Of a DNA stretch of 64,000 bases, positions 1 to 11,480 are shown piece by piece. Below the pieces are notes generated by a model. The model saw only the letters and a list, made by a program, of their open reading frames with translations. It did no database searches and was not told the DNA's origin. Positions within the stretch are counted from its first letter, which is position 1; each line of letters begins with the position of its first letter. The DNA comes from Candidatus Lachnoclostridium pullistercoris (GTDB lineage: Bacteria > Bacillota > Clostridia > Lachnospirales > Lachnospiraceae). Location: NCBI GenBank assembly GCA_019119775.1, contig DWWL01000076.1, positions 13,240 to 77,239 on the forward strand. Direction: 5' to 3'. Both the position numbers and the translations under genes were made by a program.

Positions 1-25
1 GGAAATAGAAAGATCCGCACAAAAA

Positions 26-66
26 AGGAGCGGCTTCAGCAAAAAAAGAATGGCTGAAGCCGCTCC
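26..66 (-). terminator. Intrinsic terminator of DUF1846 gene
   Basis: AGGAGCGGCTTCAGC / GCTGAAGCCGCTCCT inverted repeat followed by a T-run on the minus strand. Confidence 0.75.
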
Positions 67-161
67 TGTGCTGTCTGACGGGAGATTTTTCTTCTGTAAA
101 AAACGTTCCGCGGGGATTACACTGCGGCCTTTCCCCGTCCGGCCGTCAAACCAGGCAGGTA

Positions 162-1640
162 TCAGTGATAAATTTTCCGCTCCTCATAAACCGGCTCGGA
201 AGTCAGGCCCACGCCCAGCTTTTTGAAAATATTGATATCCACGTCTGAAAGCATGACGGAGGTGTGCACCTGGCAGCCCTTTAATTTGGACAGCTGGTTT
301 AACGCGATCTGGGCGTTCTCATCGGTAGCCGCGCACATGGACAGAGCGATGAGCACCTCGTCGGTGTGGAGCCTGGGGTTTTTGCTGCCCAGATAGTTGA
401 CCTTCAGCTTCTGGATCGGCTCAATGGCAGAGGGGGCGATCAGATGGATCTCGTGGTCGATATGCCCCAGAGCCTTCACCGCATTTAAGAGAAGAGCGGC
501 GGAAGCGCCTAACAGGTTGGAAGTCTTTCCGGTGACGATGGTTCCGTCCGGCAGCTCCATGGCGGCGGCGGGGGCGCCGGTGGCTTCTGCCAGGTCATTT
601 GCGGCCTTCACAGTGCTCCTCATGTCGGGGGAGATCTTCGCCTGCTTCATCAGAAGCTCGATCTTGTAGACCTCATCCCGGCTGCCCTGCTCTTTTGCCA
701 TGCGGTTGAGGGCCTGATAGTAGCGGCGGATGATCTCCTGGCAGGAAGCCTCCCTGCACGCCTCGTCGTCGATGATGCAGTTGCCGGCCATATTTACGCC
801 CATGTCCGTGGGGGACTTGTAGGGGCTGGAGCCGTAGATGCCCTCGAAGATGGCGTTGAGCACGGGGAAGATCTCCACGTCCCGGTTGTAGTTTACGGTG
901 GTGACGCCGTAAGCCTCCAGATGGAAGGGGTCGATCATGTTGACGTCGTTTAAGTCGGCGGTAGCCGCCTCGTAGGCCAGGTTGACCGGATGCTTTAACG
1001 GAATATTCCAGATGGGGAAGGTTTCAAATTTTGCGTATCCGGCCTTGATGCCGCGGATGTTCTCGTGGTAGAGCTGGGAGAGGCAGGTGGCCATTTTTCC
1101 GCTGCCCGGTCCGGGAGCAGTGATGATGACTAAGGGCTTGGTGGTCTCGATATAGTCATTTTTCCCGTAGCCTTCCGGGCTGACGATGAGGGAGATGTTG
1201 TTGGGATAGCCGTCGATCACGTAGTGACGGTACACCCGGATGCCCATGTGCTCCAGCTTGCTCTTAAACAGATCGGCCGCCGGCTGTCCGCTGTACTGGG
1301 TGATGACCACGCTGCCCACGTAAAGCCCCTTGTCGGTAAACGCCTGGATCAGCCGCAGCACGTCTACGTCGTAGGTGATGCCCAGATCGTAGCGCACTTT
1401 GTTCTTCTCGATATCCGCCGCGTTGATGGCGATGACGATCTCCGCCTGGTCCGCCAGCTGGAGAAGCATCCGCAGCTTGCTGTCGGGAGCAAATCCGGGA
1501 AGTACCCGCGACGCGTGGTAGTCGTCAAACAGTTTCCCGCCGAATTCCAGATAGAGCTTGTCTCCAAACTGGCTGATCCGCTCCCGGATGTGTTCCGACT
1601 GCATTTTCAGATATTTTTCATTATCAAATCCAATTCGCAT
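162..1640 (-). CDS. DUF1846 (UPF0371) family protein
   Basis: Typical N-terminus GFDNEKYLKMQSEHIRERI..LYLEFGGKLFDDYHASRVLPGF; GPGSGK P-loop-like motif; GGAGG RBS. Confidence 0.9.
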   Translation of the reverse strand: MRIGFDNEKYLKMQSEHIRERISQFGDKLYLEFGGKLFDDYHASRVLPGFAPDSKLRMLLQLADQAEIVIAINAADIEKNKVRYDLGITYDVDVLRLIQAFTDKGLYVGSVVITQYSGQPAADLFKSKLEHMGIRVYRHYVIDGYPNNISLIVSPEGYGKNDYIETTKPLVIITAPGPGSGKMATCLSQLYHENIRGIKAGYAKFETFPIWNIPLKHPVNLAYEAATADLNDVNMIDPFHLEAYGVTTVNYNRDVEIFPVLNAIFEGIYGSSPYKSPTDMGVNMAGNCIIDDEACREASCQEIIRRYYQALNRMAKEQGSRDEVYKIELLMKQAKISPDMRSTVKAANDLAEATGAPAAAMELPDGTIVTGKTSNLLGASAALLLNAVKALGHIDHEIHLIAPSAIEPIQKLKVNYLGSKNPRLHTDEVLIALSMCAATDENAQIALNQLSKLKGCQVHTSVMLSDVDINIFKKLGVGLTSEPVYEERKIYH

Positions 1641-1776
1641 ATCCTGCCTCCGTCTGTGATAAATTATAATTGCTCATAAAGTAATAATATAGCATAATTT
1701 GTCGGCCGGGGGCAATGAAAATTTGAAATATGAAGAAAATATGTTATAATTGGCGGTAGTATGCAAAGGAGAAGAT

Positions 1777-2493
1777 ATGGAACAGATAAGAGAACGGCTG
1801 CAGGAGCTGGCGGACCCGGAATACCGGAAATTTCACAGCGGGCTCCTGCCTGGGACGGAAAACATCCTGGGAGTGAGAATCCCGGATCTGAGGCGCCTGG
1901 CAAAGGAGATTCTGGCGGGAGACTGGCGGGAATTTCTGGAGACAGTTTCCGATGATACTTATGAGGAAAAGCAGCTGCAGGGCCTGGTGACGGCGGGAGC
2001 CTGGAAAAAGATGGAGGCGGAGGAGCTGTTTGAGCGGACAGCCCGCTTTGTGCCGAAGATCGACAACTGGGCGGTGTGCGACGTATTCTGCGGAGATTAC
2101 CGGGCGGCAGACGGAAAGCTGCGCCGGGAGGTGTGGGAGTTTGTGCGCCCGTATTTCCGGAAAGAGGGAGAGTATGAACTGCGGTTTGCGGCAGTGATGG
2201 CCCTCTCCCACTACTGTGATGAGGAGCACGTCCGGGAAGCATTTCATTTTTTTGACGGGATCCACAGTGAAGCCTACTACGTGCGCATGGCCGTGGCCTG
2301 GGCAGTGTCCGTTTACTATGTGAAGCTGCCGGAAATCACCATGGAATATTTAAAAAACTGCGCTCTGGATGACTGGACCTACAACAAGGCTCTGCAGAAG
2401 ATCACAGAGTCCAGGCGCGTGGACCGGGACACAAAGGAAATGGTCCGGAAAATGAAGAGAACAGTGAAAAAAGGAGAGACGAGATCATTATGA
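1777..2493 (+). CDS. DNA alkylation repair protein (AlkD-like, HEAT repeat)
   Basis: ILGVRIPDLRRLAK, IDNWAVCD, YYVRMAVAW motifs; AGGAG RBS before ATG 1777. Confidence 0.85.
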   Translation: MEQIRERLQELADPEYRKFHSGLLPGTENILGVRIPDLRRLAKEILAGDWREFLETVSDDTYEEKQLQGLVTAGAWKKMEAEELFERTARFVPKIDNWAVCDVFCGDYRAADGKLRREVWEFVRPYFRKEGEYELRFAAVMALSHYCDEEHVREAFHFFDGIHSEAYYVRMAVAWAVSVYYVKLPEITMEYLKNCALDDWTYNKALQKITESRRVDRDTKEMVRKMKRTVKKGETRSL

Positions 2494-3242
2494 AACCAAT
2501 TATCAAAACGCCGGAGCAGATTGAGAAGATCCGTCGGGCGGGAGAAGTAAACAATCAGGTGCTGGACGCGGTGGACGCCATGATCCGGGCGGGGATCTCC
2601 ACGGAGGATATTAACCGGGCGGTCCATGAAAAGACTCTGGAGCTGGGGGGAATCCCGGCGCCCCTGAACTTTGAGGGATTTCCCAAGAGCGTGTGCACGT
2701 CCCTAAACGACGTTGTCTGCCACGGGATCCCGTCGGAGGATGTGATCCTGATGGACGGGGACATCATCAATGTGGATGTGACCACTATTGTGGACGGCTA
2801 TTACGCCGACGCGTCCCGGATGTACTGCATCGGAGAGGTGACGCCCCAGGCGAAAAAACTGGTGGATGTGACGAAGGAGTGTCTGGATCTGAGCCTGAAA
2901 GCGGTGCGTCCCGGAGGATATCTGAATGAGATTGGAGCCATTATTGAAGCACATGCGGAGAGAAATGGATTTTCTGTGGTGCCGGACATCTGCGGCCACG
3001 GCGTGGGACTGGATTTTCACGAAAATCCGCTGGTGTTCCATGTGAGAAGAAGGGGAAAAGGGCCGAAGCTGGAGCCGGGAATGATCTTTACCATCGAACC
3101 CATGATCAACGCGGGGGAGAGCGACTGGTTTGTGGATGCGGATGATGACTGGACGGTCTGGACGGAGGACGGAAGTCTGTCTGCCCAGTGGGAGTACACG
3201 GTGCTGGTGACGGAGACGGGGTACGAGATCCTGGCCAGATAG
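2490..3242 (+). CDS. map: Type I methionine aminopeptidase
   Basis: SVCTSLNDVVCHGIP, DGDIINVDVT, GHGVG, FTIEPMIN, SAQWEYT motifs. Confidence 0.95.
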   Translation: MKPIIKTPEQIEKIRRAGEVNNQVLDAVDAMIRAGISTEDINRAVHEKTLELGGIPAPLNFEGFPKSVCTSLNDVVCHGIPSEDVILMDGDIINVDVTTIVDGYYADASRMYCIGEVTPQAKKLVDVTKECLDLSLKAVRPGGYLNEIGAIIEAHAERNGFSVVPDICGHGVGLDFHENPLVFHVRRRGKGPKLEPGMIFTIEPMINAGESDWFVDADDDWTVWTEDGSLSAQWEYTVLVTETGYEILAR

Positions 3243-3284
3243 TTTTTTAAGCGCCCTTCGGGAGAAAACGGAAAGGTGGATAAC

Positions 3285-5120
3285 ATGAAAAAGTGGCTTT
3301 TGGCGGGACTCTGCGCGCTGCTCTTAAGCGGATGCAGCCGCTATGAGGCACCGGAGGATATCACTTCACCTCCGGAGGAGACGAGAGAGGAGACAGCGGC
3401 CGCCGATGAGGCAGCTGCAGAACCGGAGACAGAGGCGGAGACGGAAGCCGTTCTGCCGCAGCGGGAACCGGTGAAGGCGAAAGGAATCTATCTTTCGGCC
3501 CCGGCAGCGGGGAACGGGGAGATGCTGGAGGGGATCCTTTCCAGCCTGGCCGGGACGGAGATCAACGCGGTGGTCATAGATCTGAAGGATGACAGCGGCC
3601 GCGTCACCTGCGCTATGGACTCTCCCCTGGTGACGGAGACGGAGGCCAGCCTGGCTTACGTGCCGGATATGCCGGGGCTGATCCGGAGGCTGAAAGAGGA
3701 TTACGGGCTGTATGTAATCGCCAGAGTGGTGGCCTTCCGAGACCCGTGGCTGGCGGAGGAAAAGCCGGAATGGTGTCTGAAGCTGCCGGACGGAAGCGTG
3801 TTCCGGGACCGGTCCGGCCTGGCCTGGATCAATCCCTACAAGGAGGAAGTCTGGGATTACCTGGTGGAGATCGGCACTCAGGCGGCAGAGATGGGATTTG
3901 ACGAGGTTCAGTTTGACTATATTCGCTTCTGCACGGAAAAAGGTGTGAGCGGCGTGGTCTTTGATGAGGCGGACACGAGGGGACGGTCCAAGACGGATGT
4001 GATCACGGAATTCACCGCTTACGCCGGGGAACGCCTGTCTGAGGCGGGACTTTTTGTGTCGGCGGATGTGTTCGGCGCGATCATCGGCAGTGAGGTGGAC
4101 GCCCAGTCAGTGGGACAGATTTACGAGGACATGGCCGCCAATCTGGATTATATCTGCCCTATGATTTATCCCTCCCACTACGGAGACGGAAATTTTGGGA
4201 TCGAACATCCGGATACAGAGCCGTACCGGACCATTCTGGCGGCTCTTCAGGGCTCTTCCAGCGTGCTGGCCGCTGCCGGGCAGAACGGGGAGAAGATGGC
4301 GGAGGTCCGCCCCTGGCTTCAGGATTTTACGGCCTCCTATCTGGACCACTATATTGAGTACGGGCCGGCTCAGATCCGGGCCCAGATCCAGGCCACCTAC
4401 GATGCCGGATATGATGAATGGCTCCTGTGGTCGGCAGCCTGCCGCTATACCTGGGACGGGCTGAAGACGAAGGAGGAGGCGGCAGCTGAGGCGGAGGCGA
4501 TCGCCCAGTCGCGGGCGGCCCAGGCGGAAACGGCAGCGGGAGAGACTGAGCCCGGGGCCAGACCGGAGACAGACGCCGCCGGCCCAGCCGCGGCGGGGGA
4601 CGGATCTGCGGAAGGGACAGGAAATGCAGAAGGAACCGGAAATGCAGAGGAAACGGGAAACACAGAAGACAGCGGAAATCCGGCGGCAGCCGAGGAGACC
4701 GCTTTGGAGGAAACGGCAGAGTCAGCGGGAGATAACGCCGCGGGGACAGCAGAAGGAACCGGAGCAGATGCTATGACAGAGAAAAGGGCGGCGTTTGCCG
4801 GCCAGGATGTTCCGGCTGAGGCCGGAGCGGCAGAAGCCGGTTTTTCGGCGGAGAGCGAGGCCGGAGCGGCAGAAACCGGTTCTTCGGCGGAAACCGGGGC
4901 AGGAGCGGAAATGAACGCCGCAGCCCGGGAACGGGCGGATTCCGGAGAGAACAGCCCGGCAGCAGAACCGGCGGCACCCTCTGCCGGCACGGAGATAGAG
5001 GAGGAGGTTCCTCCCCTGGAGCCGCTCCCCCAGCTGCCGGGACGGATTTCTCCCGCCGGGGAAACCCCGGCGGATTCCGGAGAAGCTGCCACGGTGATCC
5101 CGCAGATGCAGATGGATTGA
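3285..5120 (+). CDS. Putative glycoside hydrolase lipoprotein (DUF4015-like TIM barrel) with long acidic Ala/Glu/Gly-rich tail
   Basis: Lipobox LLSGC; [38 protein letters not shown] motifs. Confidence 0.8.
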   Translation: MKKWLLAGLCALLLSGCSRYEAPEDITSPPEETREETAAADEAAAEPETEAETEAVLPQREPVKAKGIYLSAPAAGNGEMLEGILSSLAGTEINAVVIDLKDDSGRVTCAMDSPLVTETEASLAYVPDMPGLIRRLKEDYGLYVIARVVAFRDPWLAEEKPEWCLKLPDGSVFRDRSGLAWINPYKEEVWDYLVEIGTQAAEMGFDEVQFDYIRFCTEKGVSGVVFDEADTRGRSKTDVITEFTAYAGERLSEAGLFVSADVFGAIIGSEVDAQSVGQIYEDMAANLDYICPMIYPSHYGDGNFGIEHPDTEPYRTILAALQGSSSVLAAAGQNGEKMAEVRPWLQDFTASYLDHYIEYGPAQIRAQIQATYDAGYDEWLLWSAACRYTWDGLKTKEEAAAEAEAIAQSRAAQAETAAGETEPGARPETDAAGPAAAGDGSAEGTGNAEGTGNAEETGNTEDSGNPAAAEETALEETAESAGDNAAGTAEGTGADAMTEKRAAFAGQDVPAEAGAAEAGFSAESEAGAAETGSSAETGAGAEMNAAARERADSGENSPAAEPAAPSAGTEIEEEVPPLEPLPQLPGRISPAGETPADSGEAATVIPQMQMD

Positions 5121-5794
5121 CGGAGGAAGAGACATTGAGTGAAGCGCGAAAAATACCGGCGCCGGGAGAATTTTACCGGCACTTTAAGAATAAACTCTAT
5201 CAGGTGATAGCTGTGGCGGAGCACACGGAGACGGGAGAGCAGCTGGTGGTCTATCAGGCTCTCTATGGAGATTTCCGGGTGTTTGCCCGGCCGCTGTCTA
5301 TGTTTTTAAGCCCTGTGGACCGGGAAAAATATCCGGACGCTCCCCAGAAGTTCCGGTTTGAGCTGACGGACCAGCCGTCTCCTGCCGGCAGGGCAGGGGA
5401 CGGCCGTCCGCTCTCAGAGGAAGGAAGATCTGCTGGTTTGGAGGCAGAAGAGCAGGACGTCCGGAGAGAACAAAACGCCCAGGGAGAGCAGAGCTCCAGT
5501 CGGGAGCAGCCCTGGGACCGCGGCTCATCCGCCCCAGGCGGACAGGCCCGTGAGGAGGAGATCCCGGCGGGGGAGAGCTTTATCCTTCGCTTCTTCGACG
5601 AGGAGAGCTGCGAGGGGAAACTGCGCCTTCTGGAGCGGGAGGGGGACAGGCTGTCCCGGAAAACGCTGGAGATCATCTGCGGGGGAATGGAGATTGCCGG
5701 GATCGGCGGGGAGGACGCGGAGGAACTGCTGTACGGTCTGAAGCGATATCTGGAAACTCAGCTGAAATTTGAGGGGAACCGGTTCAGGAGGTAG
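5117..5794 (+). CDS. DUF1653 domain protein
   Basis: [44 protein letters not shown]. Confidence 0.85.
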   Translation: MTEEETLSEARKIPAPGEFYRHFKNKLYQVIAVAEHTETGEQLVVYQALYGDFRVFARPLSMFLSPVDREKYPDAPQKFRFELTDQPSPAGRAGDGRPLSEEGRSAGLEAEEQDVRREQNAQGEQSSSREQPWDRGSSAPGGQAREEEIPAGESFILRFFDEESCEGKLRLLEREGDRLSRKTLEIICGGMEIAGIGGEDAEELLYGLKRYLETQLKFEGNRFRR

Positions 5795-5797
5795 TTC

Positions 5798-7654
5798 ATG
5801 TTCAACATAGAAGAAGAGTTAAAGAAACTCCCGGCCCAGCCGGGAGTTTACCTGATGCACGACGCCAAAGACGAGATCATCTACGTGGGAAAGGCAGTGA
5901 GCCTGAAAAACCGGGTGCGCCAGTATTTTCAGAGCAGCCGCAGCAAGACGGCGAAGATCGAGCAGATGGTGTCCCGGATCGCCCGCTTTGAGTACATCAT
6001 CACCGATTCAGAGCTGGAGGCGCTGGTGCTGGAGTGCAATCTGATCAAGGAGTACCGCCCCAGGTACAACACCATGCTGAAGGACGACAAAACCTACCCC
6101 TACATCAAGGTGACGGTGGGGGAGCCGTTTCCCCGGGTGCTGTTTTCCAGGCAGATGAAAAAGGATAAGAGCCGGTATTTCGGCCCCTACACCAGCGCGG
6201 GAGCAGTGAAGGACACCATTGACCTGATCCACAAGCTGTACAGAATCCGCACCTGCAGCCGCTCCCTGCCGAAAGATATCGGAAAAGAGAGGCCGTGCCT
6301 GAATTATCACATCAAGCAGTGCGACGCTCCCTGCCAGGGATACATCAGTGAGGCGGAGTACCGGGAGCGGATCGACCAGGTGGTGGAGTTCCTGAGCGGA
6401 AAATACGACACCATTTTAAAGAGGCTGGAGAAAAATATGATGGAAGCCTCAGAAGCGATGGATTATGAGAAGGCCATCGAGTACAGGGACCTTTTAAACA
6501 GCGTCCGGCAGGTGGCCCAGAAACAGAAGATCACCAGCAGCTCCATGGACGACCGGGACATTATCGCCATGGCGAGGGACGATCAGGACGCGGTGGTGCA
6601 GGTGTTTTTCGTGCGGGAGGGAAAACTCATCGGCCGGGAACATTTCCACCTGCGGACGGCTGTGGAGGAGGACGAGGCCCAGGTGCTCACCTGCTTTGTA
6701 AAACAGTTCTACTCCGGGACGCCCTTTGTCCCCAGAGAGCTCTGGACCCAGGAAAAGCTGGAGGATGAGGACACCATCAGCCAGTGGCTGACCATGAAAA
6801 AGGGGCAGAAAGTGCGGCTGGTGGTGCCCCAGAAGGGGCAGAAGGAAAGGCTGGTGGAGCTGGCCCAGAAAAACGCGGCCATGGTCCTGGAACAGGACAA
6901 GGAAAAGATCAAACGGGAAGAACTGCGCACCATCGGGGCCATGAACCAGATCGGGGACTGGCTGGGACTGAAATGGGTGCGCCGCATCGAAGCCTACGAT
7001 ATTTCCAATATCAGCGGATTTGACTCGGTGGGATCCATGGTGGTCTACGAGGATGGAAGGCCGAAGCGCAACGACTACCGGAAATTCAGGATCAAATGGG
7101 TCAAGGGAGCCAACGACTACGCTTCCATGCGGGAGGTGCTGACCCGCCGCTTTTCCCACGGGCTTGAGGAACATGAGCTCTTAAAGGAGAAAGGCGTGGG
7201 GGAAGAGTACGGCAGTTTTACCCGCTTTCCGGACCTGATCATGATGGACGGCGGAAAAGGCCAGGTGAACGTGGCTTTAGAGGTGCTGGACGAGCTGGGG
7301 CTGGAGATCCCCGTGTGCGGCATGGTGAAGGATGACAATCACCGCACCAGGGGGCTTTACTATCAGAATGTGGAGATCCCCATCGACCGCCATTCCGAGG
7401 GCTTTAAGCTCATCACCAGGATCCAGGATGAAGCCCACCGCTTCGCCATCGAGTACCACCGCAGCCTGCGCAGCAAAGGGCAGGTGCGCTCTGTGCTGGA
7501 TGACATTGAGGGGATCGGCGAGACGAGAAGAAAGGCGCTCATGCGCTATTTTAAATCCATAGAGGCAGTGAAGGACGCGGATGTGGAAACCCTCAGCCAG
7601 GTTCCCGGGATGAACCGGAGAGCGGCGGAGAGCGTTTACAATTTTTTCCACTGA
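5798..7654 (+). CDS. uvrC: Excinuclease ABC subunit C
   Basis: GIY-YIG (PGVYLM..IIYVGKA), [15 protein letters not shown]-terminal HhH. Confidence 0.97.
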   Translation: MFNIEEELKKLPAQPGVYLMHDAKDEIIYVGKAVSLKNRVRQYFQSSRSKTAKIEQMVSRIARFEYIITDSELEALVLECNLIKEYRPRYNTMLKDDKTYPYIKVTVGEPFPRVLFSRQMKKDKSRYFGPYTSAGAVKDTIDLIHKLYRIRTCSRSLPKDIGKERPCLNYHIKQCDAPCQGYISEAEYRERIDQVVEFLSGKYDTILKRLEKNMMEASEAMDYEKAIEYRDLLNSVRQVAQKQKITSSSMDDRDIIAMARDDQDAVVQVFFVREGKLIGREHFHLRTAVEEDEAQVLTCFVKQFYSGTPFVPRELWTQEKLEDEDTISQWLTMKKGQKVRLVVPQKGQKERLVELAQKNAAMVLEQDKEKIKREELRTIGAMNQIGDWLGLKWVRRIEAYDISNISGFDSVGSMVVYEDGRPKRNDYRKFRIKWVKGANDYASMREVLTRRFSHGLEEHELLKEKGVGEEYGSFTRFPDLIMMDGGKGQVNVALEVLDELGLEIPVCGMVKDDNHRTRGLYYQNVEIPIDRHSEGFKLITRIQDEAHRFAIEYHRSLRSKGQVRSVLDDIEGIGETRRKALMRYFKSIEAVKDADVETLSQVPGMNRRAAESVYNFFH

Positions 7655-7731
7655 CGGTTCTGTGTAATGACAAGCGGCGGAATTTATGGTAGGATAGGAC
7701 AAAAGAAGGAAGGAAAAGGAGGATGCCTTTT

Positions 7732-8658
7732 ATGCACGGAGTAGCGATTACGGAGCTGATAGAAAAATTCCAGCTGAAGAATATAACGCCGGATATTGAC
7801 GCGGGGAAGATTGTGCTGACCCATCCGGAGGTAAACCGCCCGGCGCTCCAGCTTGCCGGCTTTTTTGACCATTTTGACAACGAGAGAGTACAGATCATCG
7901 GAAATGTGGAGCAGGCGTATATTTCTGCCATGGCCCATGAGATGAAAGTGAAAAGGTACGAGCAGCTGGTTTCCAGCAAGATTCCCTGCGTGCTGTTCAG
8001 CCGCGGCATCACGCCGGACGAGGAGCTGATCACAGTCTGCAATTACTACGGGGTTCCCTGTCTGGTGTCGGAAAAATCCACCTCTGATCTGATGGCGGAG
8101 GTGATCCGCTGGCTGAACGTGAAGCTGGCTCCCATGATCAGCATCCACGGAGTTTTAGTGGATGTGTTCGGTGAGGGAGTTCTGATCATGGGCGAGAGCG
8201 GCATCGGAAAGAGCGAGGCGGCTCTGGAGCTGATCAAGAGAGGCCACCGTCTGGTGACGGACGATGTGGTGGAGATCCGCAAGGTCAGCGACGATACTCT
8301 GGTGGGCAGCGCTCCTGACATCACCAAGCACCTGATCGAGCTGCGGGGCGTGGGAATCATCGACGTGAAGGCCCTGTTCGGCGTGGAGAGCGTGAAGGAC
8401 AGCCAGCAGATCGACATGGTGATCAAGCTGGAGGAGTGGGACAAGGACAAGGAGTACGACCGCCTGGGGCTGGAGGACCAGTACACAGAATTCCTTGGAA
8501 ATAAGGTGGTCTGCCACTCCATTCCCATCCGCCCCGGACGCAACCTGGCGGTCATCACCGAGACGGCGGCAGTCAACTACCGGCAGAAGAAGATGGGCTA
8601 CAACGCGGCTCAGGAGCTGTACCGCAGGGTGCAGGCCAACTTTGCCCACACGGATTAA
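7732..8658 (+). CDS. hprK: HPr(Ser) kinase/phosphorylase
   Basis: HGVLVDVFGEGVLIMGESGIGKSE, LVTDD, ELRGVGIID. Confidence 0.97.
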   Translation: MHGVAITELIEKFQLKNITPDIDAGKIVLTHPEVNRPALQLAGFFDHFDNERVQIIGNVEQAYISAMAHEMKVKRYEQLVSSKIPCVLFSRGITPDEELITVCNYYGVPCLVSEKSTSDLMAEVIRWLNVKLAPMISIHGVLVDVFGEGVLIMGESGIGKSEAALELIKRGHRLVTDDVVEIRKVSDDTLVGSAPDITKHLIELRGVGIIDVKALFGVESVKDSQQIDMVIKLEEWDKDKEYDRLGLEDQYTEFLGNKVVCHSIPIRPGRNLAVITETAAVNYRQKKMGYNAAQELYRRVQANFAHTD

Positions 8659-8676
8659 GGCCGAAAACGGAGGAAA

Positions 8677-9615
8677 ATGATGGAAGAAATTCTGGAGCAG
8701 CTGATCCTGGCGGCGGGAAAAGACAGGGTGAAGACCATGGAGCCCATGGGCCCTCACGTCACCTTCCGGGCCGGAGGAAAGGCGGACTATTTTGTGACTC
8801 CTGAAAATGAGAGCGGCCTGGCCGGCGTGCTGAAGGTCTGCAGCCGGCACGGCCTGCCCTTTTACCTGATGGGAAACGGGAGCAACCTCCTGGTGGGGGA
8901 CCTGGGATATCACGGGGTGATCATCCAGATGGGAGACGCCTGGGGCGGCTGCCGTTTTCAGGGAAATACTGCGGAGGCAGGAGCCGGCATCCTTCTCTCC
9001 CGCCTGGCGAAGGAGGCATGCCGCCAGGGACTGACCGGGCTTGAGGCGGCCGGGGGCATTCCCGGAACTCTTGGCGGGGCGCTGGTGATGAACGCCGGCG
9101 CCTACGGGTTTGAGATGAAAGATGTGGTCCGCTCTGCCAGACTGATGACGGAGAGCGGAGAGATCCTGGAGCTTTCGGCAGAAGAGCTGCAGCTGGGATA
9201 CCGCACCAGCTGCATCCCGGCAAGGCACCTGATCGTGCTGGGAGCCAGGCTGGAGCTTGCGCCGGGAAACCGGGAGGAGATCCGGGCCAGAATGGAAGAA
9301 TTAACGGCCAGGCGGAAGGAAAAGCAGCCGTTAGAATACCCCAGCGCCGGCAGCACGTTCAAGCGGCCGGAAGGCTATTTTGCCGGAAAGCTGATCGAGG
9401 ACGCCGGCTTAAGAGGCTACCGGGTGGGAGGAGCCCAGGTGTCGGAAAAGCACTGCGGGTTTGTGATCAACCGGGGCGGGGCCACCGCCGGCGACATTAT
9501 GAAGCTGTGCCGTGATGTGCAGCGGACTGTAAAAGAGAAATTCGGCGTGACCCTGGAGATGGAAGTGCGGACTCTGGGGGAATTTGAGGAGCCGGAGGAA
9601 GGAATACCGCGATGA
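8677..9615 (+). CDS. murB: UDP-N-acetylenolpyruvoylglucosamine reductase
   Basis: GNGSNLL, IPGTLGGALVMNAGAYG, QPLEYPSAGSTFKRP. Confidence 0.97.
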   Translation: MMEEILEQLILAAGKDRVKTMEPMGPHVTFRAGGKADYFVTPENESGLAGVLKVCSRHGLPFYLMGNGSNLLVGDLGYHGVIIQMGDAWGGCRFQGNTAEAGAGILLSRLAKEACRQGLTGLEAAGGIPGTLGGALVMNAGAYGFEMKDVVRSARLMTESGEILELSAEELQLGYRTSCIPARHLIVLGARLELAPGNREEIRARMEELTARRKEKQPLEYPSAGSTFKRPEGYFAGKLIEDAGLRGYRVGGAQVSEKHCGFVINRGGATAGDIMKLCRDVQRTVKEKFGVTLEMEVRTLGEFEEPEEGIPR

Positions 9616-10487
9616 AACTGGTGATCGTGACGGGAATGTCGGGGGCCGGAAAGACCGTAGCCCTGAAAATGTTTGAGGATCTGGGCTTTTACTGCGTGGA
9701 CAACATGCCGGTGCTGCTGATGGAAAAATTTGTGGATCTTCTGAGAGAGCATGACGGGGAGCCGGAAAATGTGGCCATGGGAGTGGACATCCGCAGCGGC
9801 GGCGAGCTCTCCCAGCTGCAGGAGGTCCTGGATAAGTGGAGGATGAGAAAGATCCCCTGCCAGATCCTGTTTCTGGATGCCTCTGACCAGGTGCTCATCA
9901 AGCGCTACAAGGAGACCAGGCGCAGCCACCCGCTGGCGGGAAACGGCAGGCTGGACAGAGGGATTGCCAGGGAGCGGGAGAAAGTGGCATTTTTAAAACG
10001 GCAGGCAGACTACATTCTGGACACCAGCAGCCTGCTCACCAGGGAGCTGAGGGAGGAGCTGGCCAGGATCTTTTCCGGGGGCCAGCCCTACGAGAACCTG
10101 TTTGTCACCATCCTCTCCTTCGGCTTCAAGTATGGGATCCCGGCGGACGCCGATCTGGTGTTCGACGTGCGCTTTCTGCCCAACCCCTATTATGTGGAGG
10201 AGTTAAAGTATCATACGGGGGAAGAGGCCGGAGTGCAGGACTACGTGATGCAGGGCGGGACCTGTGAGACCTTTCTGGGAAAACTGTTTGACCTGATGGA
10301 ATTTCTGATTCCCAATTACATTAAAGAGGGGAAAAATCAGCTGGTCATCGCTGTGGGATGCACCGGAGGCAGGCACCGTTCCGTGACGGTGGCGCGGGCC
10401 CTCTATCAGAAACTGAAAGAGAAGAAGGAACTGGGAGTGAAGCTGGAGCACCGGGACATTGACAAGGATAACAAGCGGAGGAGCTGA
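9612..10487 (+). CDS. rapZ: RNase adapter RapZ / YvcJ family P-loop protein
   Basis: VTGMSGAGKT, SFGFKYGIP, FDVRFLPNPYY, GCTGGRHRSV. Confidence 0.95.
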   Translation: MKLVIVTGMSGAGKTVALKMFEDLGFYCVDNMPVLLMEKFVDLLREHDGEPENVAMGVDIRSGGELSQLQEVLDKWRMRKIPCQILFLDASDQVLIKRYKETRRSHPLAGNGRLDRGIAREREKVAFLKRQADYILDTSSLLTRELREELARIFSGGQPYENLFVTILSFGFKYGIPADADLVFDVRFLPNPYYVEELKYHTGEEAGVQDYVMQGGTCETFLGKLFDLMEFLIPNYIKEGKNQLVIAVGCTGGRHRSVTVARALYQKLKEKKELGVKLEHRDIDKDNKRRS

Positions 10488-10494
10488 AGGTAAG

Positions 10495-11469
10495 ATGTCA
10501 TTTTCTTCCAGAGTAAAAGAGGAGCTGTCGAGGCAGATCAGTCCGGCCAGGCACTGCCGGATCGCGGAGATCGCCGCGATTTTAAGCCTCTGCGGCCGGA
10601 TCCAGATATCTGCCGATGACCGCTACTGCATCAGGATCCACACGGAAAATGTGGCAGTTGCAAGAAAGTACTTTACATTATTGAAAAAAACATTTAATAT
10701 AGTTACGGATGTGACGATACGTCGTAATGTTCAGCTGCGGAAGAACCATGTCTACACAGTCACGGTAGGAAGGCACGAAGATGCCTGTCGGGTCCTTCAC
10801 GCGGCGAAGCTCATTGGACCGGACGGGGAGATCCGCGAAAATCTTTCCGTGATCCGGAATGTGGTGACTCAGCAGGCGTGCTGCAGGCGTGCATTTATCC
10901 GCGGCGCGTTTTTGGCCGCCGGTTCCATCAGCGATCCGGAAAAATTTTATCATTTCGAGATCGTCTGCGTCACGGAGGCGAAAGCGGAGCAGCTGAGGGA
11001 GATCATGAGCACCTTCGGGCTGGACGCCAAGATCGTGAAGCGCAAGAAGTACTATGTGGTGTATATTAAGGAAGGCAGTCAGATCGTGGACGTCCTGAAC
11101 GTGATGGAAGCGCCGGTGTCCCTGATGGAGCTGGAGAACATCCGGATACTGAAAGAAATGAGGAACAGTGTGAACCGTCAGGTCAACTGTGAGACTGCCA
11201 ATATCAACAAGACGGTAGCTGCTTCCGTAAAGCAGATAAGGGATATTGAGTATATCCGTGATACAATTGGCTTTGAGAGTCTTCCGGAAAATCTGGAACA
11301 GATGGCCCAGGCAAGGCTGTTGAAGCCGGATGCAACACTAAAGGAGCTTGGGGAAGCTCTTGAACCGCCTGTGGGGAAGTCGGGGGTCAACCACCGGCTC
11401 CGCCGACTCAGTGAGATTGCCGAAGGCTTAAGGGAACAGGCGCCGGAAACGGATGTTTCCAAGGAATGA
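10495..11469 (+). CDS. whiA: DNA-binding protein WhiA
   Basis: MSFSSRVKEEL, FIRGAFLAAGSISDPEKFYHFE, NCETANINKT, KSGVNHRLR. Confidence 0.95.
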   Translation: MSFSSRVKEELSRQISPARHCRIAEIAAILSLCGRIQISADDRYCIRIHTENVAVARKYFTLLKKTFNIVTDVTIRRNVQLRKNHVYTVTVGRHEDACRVLHAAKLIGPDGEIRENLSVIRNVVTQQACCRRAFIRGAFLAAGSISDPEKFYHFEIVCVTEAKAEQLREIMSTFGLDAKIVKRKKYYVVYIKEGSQIVDVLNVMEAPVSLMELENIRILKEMRNSVNRQVNCETANINKTVAASVKQIRDIEYIRDTIGFESLPENLEQMAQARLLKPDATLKELGEALEPPVGKSGVNHRLRRLSEIAEGLREQAPETDVSKE

Positions 11470-11480
11470 GGAGGATTATT

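Noticed and set aside
9612-11469. yvcK/glmR missing between rapZ and whiA
   Set aside because: No remnant seen; a common arrangement and not informative from this window alone
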